Shown: piece after piece, positions 56,801-64,000 of the stretch | Position numbering within the stretch: position 1 is the first letter of the stretch | Layout of the letters: each line of letters begins with the position of its first letter | NCBI GenBank assembly: GCA_966250335.1 | Contig: CBINGZ010000024.1 | Span: forward strand, 10,842-74,841 | Direction of reading: 5' to 3' | Length of the DNA stretch: 64,000 bases | DNA from: an uncultured bacterium | Lineage (GTDB): Bacteria > Bacteroidota > Ignavibacteria > OLB7 | Notes under the pieces: model-generated | What the model was told of the DNA's origin: nothing | The model's database searches: none | The model's input: the letters and a program-made list of their open reading frames with translations, nothing else | Made by a program: the position numbers and the translations under genes

Positions 56801-57493
56801 GATGATGACTCCTGTGTAGTATGAATATGAACCCGTTTCGTAATATCGCTGTTGGATATTCTAAAACGGATTGAACAAGGCGGAATCATGCCCGTCCCGA
56901 AATCGTCACATGAGAATCATGTGGCGCCGCGGTACGGGTCCATCGGAAGAAACGTCTATGAAAACCGGTAGGGGGCTGGTCGGAACACGATAAAGGGGGA
57001 ATTCGGCAGGGGCATGCGAAACCGTGCGGATATCGCGGCCCCGACGTCCGATTCGGCCTGTTGTCCTTGAATGAGAGTTGAGAAGGAAGTGGGGAGCCGG
57101 GATGTCGTTCCCCCGTGCGCCTCGACTGCGCACCCTGCATCACGTACGGCTGACGACGCCTTCCGGAAGGCATCATTCACAGATATTGCGGGCTCACGTC
57201 GTGGAATCGACGTTTCCGATCTCATCGCAATACGTATATCAACATACGATATCGTATTGCAATGGACAAGGCGGTTACACTTTGAAATACACCGCCATCG
57301 GCAGGTTCCCCCACCCGGTCATAACACCCTATCTTTCTCTCTCTTCTTTCCTACCTCTGTGTCCTCTGTGACTCCCTCTGGTTATTCCTCTTCTCACCGG
57401 ACATTGACAAATGTCATGGTACACCCTCCACCATCCCCCTAGTTTAACCCCGGCTCCAAGAACTCGACTCCCGACATTCACACGAGCGCCGTT

Positions 57494-57859
57494 ATGCGTA
57501 CCATCATTGCCGTTCTCATGATCCTGCACGGGATCGCCCATCTACCGGGATTTATCGTCCCGTGGCGTCTCGCCGAATTCAAGGAGACCCCCTACAGAAC
57601 CACCCTCGGCTCCGGCCGGATCGACGTGGGCGATACGGGGATACGGGTTGTCGGCACCCTCTGGCTGATCGTTGCGGTCGTATTCGTCGCCGTCGGTATC
57701 GCCATGATCGGCGACGGAGGCCGATGGCCGTTCGTCGCCGTTGCCGCCGCTCTCGCATCGCTCGTTCTCAGTCTTCTCAGCCTTCCCGAGGCGCGCATCG
57801 GTGTGGTCGTCAACCTGGTGATTCTGGGGCTGCTGGCCGTCTCGGGCGCGATGGAGTAG
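57494..57859 (+). CDS. Small membrane protein (about 4 TM)
   Basis: LHGIAHLPGFIVPWRL N-terminal motif and hydrophobic helices. Confidence 0.7.
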   Translation: MRTIIAVLMILHGIAHLPGFIVPWRLAEFKETPYRTTLGSGRIDVGDTGIRVVGTLWLIVAVVFVAVGIAMIGDGGRWPFVAVAAALASLVLSLLSLPEARIGVVVNLVILGLLAVSGAME

Positions 57860-57899
57860 AAGCGATCCGTCGATCTCAACAACAACAGGAGAGAACCCC

Positions 57900-58520
57900 A
57901 TGAGAACGATACTTGTGTCGATGATGATATGTCTGCTTGCCGCTTCCCTGCATGCCCAGCAGGAGCGGATCGATCGCGACCCGGGGCACGCCGGCTTTGT
58001 TGCGGTGCAGGGAGGACCGACACGGCTCAACGGAGCTCTCGGCATGCTGGTGGGGGCCGGAGTGTACGGCGGCCTCGATCCCCATACACGTGTCGGCATG
58101 ACGGCCGCCCTGCTTGTGAACGACGTGCGGGGAATGTCCGATGCCTCGACACGAACTCTGCGGTTCGGTTACGGCGGCGTTCGCTGCGAATATATCGTCA
58201 ATCCTGAAGACCGGTTCCAGGCTTCTCTCTACGCCCTTGTCGGCGCCGGAGCCCTGCTCCTCGACGGGCCGGTCGACGAGCCCCGCACGGGACTGGCGAA
58301 AAGCGGCGGCACGAATGTGGTGGTGACGATCGACGACGACACCGATGCGTTCATGGTCGCGGAGACGGGGCTCGGCGTTGAAACGGCGGTTGCCGAATAT
58401 CTGCGGCTGGGGGTGAACGCCGGCTACCGTGTCGTTCACGGTGTGGAGACGGAAGGGGTCGATAATGTGTCGGTGGGCGGGCCGATCGCGGCGGTTTCCC
58501 TGCGGTTCGGACTGTTCTGA
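57900..58520 (+). CDS. Outer membrane beta-barrel protein
   Basis: Signal peptide, alternating beta-strand pattern, FGYGG, AGYRVV, C-terminal LRFGLF. Confidence 0.75.
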   Translation: MRTILVSMMICLLAASLHAQQERIDRDPGHAGFVAVQGGPTRLNGALGMLVGAGVYGGLDPHTRVGMTAALLVNDVRGMSDASTRTLRFGYGGVRCEYIVNPEDRFQASLYALVGAGALLLDGPVDEPRTGLAKSGGTNVVVTIDDDTDAFMVAETGLGVETAVAEYLRLGVNAGYRVVHGVETEGVDNVSVGGPIAAVSLRFGLF

Positions 58521-58633
58521 TATCGATCGATATTCGTGGGATTATTTCTGACGGATGTCATGGTTCGTGTTCGCGGAGAGCGATATGTTTATTCCGTATT
58601 CGGAACAATTCCTCAACGAAACAGGAAAACGTT

Positions 58634-59197
58634 ATGAGCGTGGATCAATCGGTCGCAACAAATGTGGGGTATAGCGGGACCGCTCGGAATCTCATTCAGG
58701 CCGGAGCCGCATTACCCGTTCCGAATCGCCATCCGTCATTTGCAGTGGTGGATGAGAAACGACTCGACAGCCAGATCGCCGCCACCATCGCGCTTATGCT
58801 CGAATGGAACAGGCTCACGCCTCATAACGATATCGATGTCGTGGTGCACGGCGGGAATGTATCGCTTACGGGCTATGTCCATGCGCCCGGAGATCGGGAG
58901 GAGGCTGAGATCCTGACCAGACGTATCCCCGGTGTCCACAATGTCGACAACGGTATCGAGATCGTGACCGGGGATACTCTTTCGACTCAACTGAAATCGG
59001 CGATCACCAAGGTTCTTCTCCGCCATACGCAGCAGCTCTGTTCCGATCTGAATGTGGAGGTCCGGAACGGCATGGCGATACTGACCGGAACCGTGGAATC
59101 GATCGCCCAGAAACGGCTGGTGCTCGATACGGTAAGCTGGACTCGCCACATTCATGGCGTGGAAGACCGGATCGAAGTCGTCCGGGAAGAGCCGTGA
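58634..59197 (+). CDS. BON domain protein (two BON domains)
   Basis: IDVVVHGGNVSLTGYV...IPGVHNVDNGIEI and VEVRNGMAILTGTVES...GVEDRIEV. Confidence 0.85.
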   Translation: MSVDQSVATNVGYSGTARNLIQAGAALPVPNRHPSFAVVDEKRLDSQIAATIALMLEWNRLTPHNDIDVVVHGGNVSLTGYVHAPGDREEAEILTRRIPGVHNVDNGIEIVTGDTLSTQLKSAITKVLLRHTQQLCSDLNVEVRNGMAILTGTVESIAQKRLVLDTVSWTRHIHGVEDRIEVVREEP

Positions 59198-59475
59198 ACA
59201 TATTATGCAGTGCTTTTTACGGTGAGGTGATGCCGCGAAATTTCCCCGTTCCGTACATTGGCATCTGTCGCCGCGTGCCGAAGGCGGGGCGATGCCGCTG
59301 TTTCACGACGTTGAAGGGGGAAGAGGACTTCAGCCGCAGAGTTGGAGCGTTTCATTCCCCTTCCCATACAACCAACCCGGAAAAACGCACGCAATGGACT
59401 ATGATTAAATCCAAACATGTCAAGATTTAACTTGTTGCCTGCTGCTCAATTGTTTTGTACTCGAGTGGGATTCTC

Positions 59476-60267
59476 TTACCTCAACCCCGTCTCCATCAAA
59501 AACTCCGGCTGCACATTTACCCCGCCGAGCTTCCGCCACGTCAGATCCTCCAGCGAACATAAGAGCCAGGCAAAGTTGATCGGGAATCCCGGCGCAGCCA
59601 CGTTCGGATGATACCCCTTCACGATCACCACGGCGTCATCTTCGTATACCGGTGTAATCATCTCCGGAGCCTCAAGGCTGGTATAGATATACTGCGTCCC
59701 GAACCCCGGCTTCGGCATGTCGAAGAAAAGGTAGAGCTCCTCCTGGGTAGCGGCATGCTCGTGCGGGGGCCAGCTTGTCCAGTTGCCGGGCTTCGACATG
59801 GTGACGCCGGTCAGGAGCTTCGCCCCCTCGACGTTCTCGGTGATCACCTTGTGGATCTCGCGGTAGTACGGCTCGGCTCCAACCTTCAGGTACATCGATT
59901 CCTGCTCGCGCAGCTCGGCGTGGCGTGCGTGCGCGACGGGGAAGACCAGCTCGGTGGGGGCGCTCCCCTCGAAGATGTCGATCGATGTCCCGGTCTCCAC
60001 CGTGAACTCCTCGCCTCTGGGGATATACACGCCGTCGAACCGGGAGACCTGGAAGCTCTCCTCACCGACCCTCACCGTTCCTTCTCCATGCAGGACCAGC
60101 AGCGTCGTCTCCGATCCCTCGTTGCGGGCGGTCACCGAGGGAGCCTCCCCGTCGAGGATGATCCGGCCGGCCGATATCAGCGCGAAGTCGGTGGTCTCGG
60201 GGGTGATGGAGATGTTCCGTCCCTTGCGGGATGCCGTGTTCTTGATCAGCCAGGAGTGAGCTGCCAT
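59476..60267 (-). CDS. iolB: 5-deoxy-glucuronate isomerase (IolB/KduI family)
   Basis: GNWTSWPPHEH, EELYLF, KGYHPNVAAPG motifs; start ATG 60267. Confidence 0.82.
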   Translation of the reverse strand: MAAHSWLIKNTASRKGRNISITPETTDFALISAGRIILDGEAPSVTARNEGSETTLLVLHGEGTVRVGEESFQVSRFDGVYIPRGEEFTVETGTSIDIFEGSAPTELVFPVAHARHAELREQESMYLKVGAEPYYREIHKVITENVEGAKLLTGVTMSKPGNWTSWPPHEHAATQEELYLFFDMPKPGFGTQYIYTSLEAPEMITPVYEDDAVVIVKGYHPNVAAPGFPINFAWLLCSLEDLTWRKLGGVNVQPEFLMETGLR

Positions 60268-60567
60268 GGTTCGTGCAGGGTTGTTTGGGTTGTGCGCCGT
60301 ATGATTGCAGTCCGGGAACGAGATCGCGCGAGCCGTGGACGGGGAGTGAACCGTCGCGGGCTCGCAGGGCCGGAGAGGCGGAAGGCCCGCCTCCGTGCGG
60401 GGACGAAGGTAAAGAATCCCCGGAAAATGTGGCCGGTTCCTGAGAACCTTATAAACGCAACCGGTGTTATCGCTGTCGATCGGATCAGTGGAGGTCGTCC
60501 GTCGGCGGGCGACCCCGGAACTTGTGTCAACGTCAACAGGAAGCCGGGATTCAGGAGGATTATTTCG

Positions 60568-62052
60568 ATGAAACCTACAGTTCGAAGGATATATCAATCG
60601 GTGGCCGGCAGGACCCTTATCCTGCTGGTTGCGGTGATGACGGCGATCAGCGGCTGCGTCACCAACCCGGCGACGGGGGAGAAGGAGTTCTCGCTCCTTT
60701 CGCCCGCGCAGGAGAAGGAGCTTGGAGCACAGGGGGATCAGGAGATCGTGGCGACCTACGGCATCTACAACGATGCGGCCGTCACCGCCTACGTCAACGA
60801 GATGGGGCAGAAACTGGCGGCGGTCTCGGACGCCCCCAATCTCGGCTACACGTTCCGGGTGCTCGATTCGCCCGTGATCAACGCGTTCGCGCTGCCGGGA
60901 GGTTACATCTATGTCACGCGCGGGCTTCTGGCCTACCTTGAGAACGACGCCCAGCTCGCCATGGTGCTGGGACATGAGATCGGACACGTCACGGCGCGAC
61001 ATTCGGCCAAGCAGTATACCAGCGCTCAGCTCGCCAACGTCGGCGTGGGGCTGGGATCGGTGCTGTTCGAGGATATCGAGCCGTTCCTCGGGGCGATCCA
61101 GACAGGGCTTCAGCTTCTCTTCCTGAAGTACGGCCGCGACGACGAGCGGCAGTCGGATGAGCTCGGCGTCGAGTACGCCACGCGCGCCGGCTATCAGGCG
61201 AGCGAAGGGGCGAAGTTCTTCACGACCCTCAAGCGCATCCAGGATCAGCAGCAGGGGGGATCGCTTCCCACCTGGGCCAGCACCCATCCCGATCCGGCCG
61301 AGCGTGAGGCGACCATCGTCCAGCGTGCCGAATACTGGCACGGGCAGCTCCCCAACATCCAGCTCGGCGGCGTGAACCCGGAGGTCTATGTGCCTCGTCT
61401 TGAAAATATCGTGTTCGGAACAGATCCTCGTCAGGGATTTATCGAGGGAGGCGTCTTCTACCATCCGACGCTTCAGTTCCAGTTTCCGGTGCCGCAGGGG
61501 TGGCAGCTTGCGAACTTCTCGGCGCAGATCCAGATGGCGCCGGAGTCGGGTGAGGCGATCGTTGTGATGACGACGGCTCAGGGAGTCGATCCGGCGACCG
61601 CCGCGCAGCAGTTCGTGAACGAGAACCAGGCATCGGTGATCGAAAGCAAGGGGGGAACCGTCAACGGCCTCAATGCATATCGTGTTCGGAGCGACGTGAA
61701 CCTGGAGAATTCGGACGGCTCGGTAGGGACCATCTCGGTCCTGAGCTATTTCATCAGAAAGGGAGATATGCTCTACGTCTTCCACGGCTATACCGACCGC
61801 TCCCGTTTCTCCGGATACGCCAACACGTTCGAGTCGATCTTCGGGAACTTCCGTCAGGTCACCGACGCGAACGTCCTGAACGTCAGACCGTTCCGCGTGG
61901 ATGTCTTCCAGGCTCCGCGCACCGATGAGTTCCGCGCGCTGGTGCAGGCCAACTCGAGCGCCGGCCTCGGCATAGAGGATCTGGCGATCATGAACCAGCG
62001 CTCGACCACCGACCAGGTTCAGGCGGGTACGCCTCTGAAGCAGGTGGAATAG
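60568..62052 (+). CDS. M48 family zinc metalloprotease lipoprotein
   Basis: ISG-C-VTNPATG lipobox, INAFALPGGYIYVTRG, HEIGH, YGRDDERQSD, STHP. Confidence 0.92.
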   Translation: MKPTVRRIYQSVAGRTLILLVAVMTAISGCVTNPATGEKEFSLLSPAQEKELGAQGDQEIVATYGIYNDAAVTAYVNEMGQKLAAVSDAPNLGYTFRVLDSPVINAFALPGGYIYVTRGLLAYLENDAQLAMVLGHEIGHVTARHSAKQYTSAQLANVGVGLGSVLFEDIEPFLGAIQTGLQLLFLKYGRDDERQSDELGVEYATRAGYQASEGAKFFTTLKRIQDQQQGGSLPTWASTHPDPAEREATIVQRAEYWHGQLPNIQLGGVNPEVYVPRLENIVFGTDPRQGFIEGGVFYHPTLQFQFPVPQGWQLANFSAQIQMAPESGEAIVVMTTAQGVDPATAAQQFVNENQASVIESKGGTVNGLNAYRVRSDVNLENSDGSVGTISVLSYFIRKGDMLYVFHGYTDRSRFSGYANTFESIFGNFRQVTDANVLNVRPFRVDVFQAPRTDEFRALVQANSSAGLGIEDLAIMNQRSTTDQVQAGTPLKQVE

Positions 62053-62103
62053 CGACAGGCGCCGATCCGGTTCTCCATGATGCGGGAACCGGCGGTTCGC
62101 AAC

Positions 62104-62146
62104 ACGACAGAGGCGGTCGGGAGAATATCCCGGCCGCCTCTGTCGT
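62104..62146 (+). terminator. Hairpin downstream of the M48 gene
   Basis: acgacagaggcgg...ccgcctctgtcgt stem followed by tt. Confidence 0.6.
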
Positions 62147-62341
62147 TTACAGGGGAGCGGAGCCCGCGCCGCACATTTCCTTCTAACAATATGCTCTTCT
62201 CATGATGTTACATTTGCACGAATAGATCGTTATCCTGGAGAGTTTCCGGAACGGTTCGATCACCCCTGAGATCGCATACCGCGCAACGGCCGGACCCTCT
62301 TCTTCATAATAATCATACAACACGACCTTCTGAGCAGGAGC

Positions 62342-64000
62342 ATGGGAGCAGAGCATTCGACGACGGATGAGAAGAGAAGGAAGGTAATCACCCCGCGGCA
62401 CGATACGCTTCCGGTCGATCCGGAGGTTGCGGCCGAGCTCGATCTGATCGACAGGAAGTGCGCGGAGATCGGGCGACGCGATCCGCTCGGAGCGGTCGAG
62501 ATGGCCCGTAAGGGACTCCGTCTGGCCGCGCGTTCCGCCACGCCGGATGAGGAGGTACGCTTCCTGTTGCGAATGGCGTACCATACTGTTCACATCGGAA
62601 AGAACGATGCCGCGTATCGCTATCTGACACGTACGGAACGGATCATGGAGCGGGAGCCCGTGCGGCATATCCGGGTGATCGATCTCGAACATAACTGGGG
62701 ATACTACTATCATAGAAGGGGAGATTATCCCAGGGCCACCGAACATTTCTCGCGCAGCCTCCATCTGGCCGAGCAGGTGGGGAGTGCGTTCAGGATAATG
62801 TCCGCATACTCCTCGCTGGCGAACATCCTGACGCTGGTAGGAGACTATGCAGGGGCTATGGGGATGTACCTTGCCTCCCTGAACGTGCCCGGACGCGACA
62901 GATGGCCCGGGCATATCGCACTAATGCTGCATAATATGGCAACGGTCCATATGAAGATGGAGGACTGGCCGAATGCCGTCGACTATCTCCGCAGGTCCGT
63001 TTCGATGTTCGAGGAGGCCGACAATCGGATCAATCTTGCCGGCGCCTACATGAATCTCGGCAAGTCGCTTGTGAGACTGGAGAACTATGTCGAGGGGTTC
63101 GATTATCTGGAGCGCGCCATGGCGATGCATCGCGCGCTTGAATTCTCCGCCGCCGTGGGCCCGACACTGGCGGGGTTCGGCGAGGGGTATGTCCTGAAGA
63201 AGGAATATGAAGTTGCATTGCGATATTTCATCGAGGCGGCGGAAGCCTATGAGTCGACAGACAATTATCGCGGCCGGATCTATGCGGCGGCGCAGATCGG
63301 CGAGGTCCAGCTTGAACTGAAGCGCCCCTTGCAGGCGATAGAGACCCTTGAAAGGGTACTGGAGAAGGCCGTGGCGCTCGGGTACCGCGACTATGAGGAG
63401 GAAATCCTTCGACTCCTTGCCGACGCCTACGAACAGACCGGAGAGCCGCTGAAGTCGCTCCAGGCGATCAGAAGACATCTCGAGATACGACGTGAACTGG
63501 CCGAGCAGGAACGTCGTGAGGCATTTCTGCGCGCGCAGGTCCGCCATGCGGTCTGGGAGATCGAGGAGCAGCGGAACAGACTCCTTCAGGAGAAGGAACG
63601 GCTGGAAGTGGAGATGGAACGAAAGGAGCGCGCCCTTACCTCCATCTCCCTGCGCCTGACCCAGAGCAGCTCGCATCTCATGAAGATCAGGGAACAGATC
63701 CGGGTCATGATCGGCGACACGGCGGGGGAGCTCCGCAGGGTCGCGAAGGAACTGATGCGCGGCATCGACACGACGGAGCGGGAGGAGAAGGAGTGGGACG
63801 AGGTGGAGCGCCGGTTCATGGAGGTGGATGGAGCACTGCTCAGGATGCTCGGCGAGCGCTACCCCGCGCTGACCCGGACCGAGGCGGTCGTCTGCTGCCT
63901 GCTCAGGAATAATCTATCGTCGAAGGAGATAGCTCTCCTCCTCGGCACGTCGGTCAGGACCGTCGAATCGCACAGAAGATTCATCAGAAGAAAACTGTCG
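62342..64000 (+). CDS. TPR repeat + C-terminal LuxR-type HTH transcriptional regulator (partial, runs off window end)
   Basis: aggag RBS, ATG 62342; manual translation shows TPRs (LHNMATVHMKMEDWPNAVDYL) and ends LTRTEAVVCCLLRNNLSSKEIALLLGTSVRTVESHRRFIRRKL. Confidence 0.85.
   Translation, partial: MGAEHSTTDEKRRKVITPRHDTLPVDPEVAAELDLIDRKCAEIGRRDPLGAVEMARKGLRLAARSATPDEEVRFLLRMAYHTVHIGKNDAAYRYLTRTERIMEREPVRHIRVIDLEHNWGYYYHRRGDYPRATEHFSRSLHLAEQVGSAFRIMSAYSSLANILTLVGDYAGAMGMYLASLNVPGRDRWPGHIALMLHNMATVHMKMEDWPNAVDYLRRSVSMFEEADNRINLAGAYMNLGKSLVRLENYVEGFDYLERAMAMHRALEFSAAVGPTLAGFGEGYVLKKEYEVALRYFIEAAEAYESTDNYRGRIYAAAQIGEVQLELKRPLQAIETLERVLEKAVALGYRDYEEEILRLLADAYEQTGEPLKSLQAIRRHLEIRRELAEQERREAFLRAQVRHAVWEIEEQRNRLLQEKERLEVEMERKERALTSISLRLTQSSSHLMKIREQIRVMIGDTAGELRRVAKELMRGIDTTEREEKEWDEVERRFMEVDGALLRMLGERYPALTRTEAVVCCLLRNNLSSKEIALLLGTSVRTVESHRRFIRRKLS

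Noticed and set aside
59476-62052. Mutually overlapping 769-aa (-) and 814-aa (+) ORFs suggesting a long bidirectional overlap
   Set aside because: Each is a real gene (iolB-like, M48) extended by the stop-free antisense frame of the other, which is typical of high-GC DNA.

Overview
GC-rich bacterial chromosomal window with about 55 protein-coding genes and no rRNA, tRNA or CRISPR array seen. Proteins with T9SS-type C-terminal domains, DUF3109 and a propeller/Y_Y_Y sensor suggest a Bacteroidota/Chlorobiota-related host (inference). Much of it is ordinary: gluQ, arsR/aquaporin/arsC, oxyR-katA-ankyrin, SulP, deaD, iolB-like and an M48 peptidase. Two regions stand out. (1) A minus-strand RiPP-like operon (50684-56800) has two paralogous 74/79-aa precursor peptides ending in Q-[AS]-[AS]-I-V-H-[IV]-D. 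They are followed by four translationally coupled genes: a YydG/EpeE-like radical SAM epimerase, a cobalamin-dependent radical SAM C-methyltransferase, a radical SAM/SPASM enzyme and a Cys-motif protein of unknown function. No protease or exporter is in the operon. (2) A complete 3381-bp IS1-family cargo element (24504-27884) has 21-bp imperfect terminal inverted repeats and an 8-bp target duplication. It carries a Fic AMPylase, a small basic KGG protein and a structured leader plus a small ORF. Also notable: a TonB receptor locus with two intact and one broken paralog of an unknown secreted protein, tandem perfect CRP-type boxes, and a secreted fibre-like protein with a recent ~630-bp internal duplication. 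All family assignments come from motif recognition by eye, not database searches.
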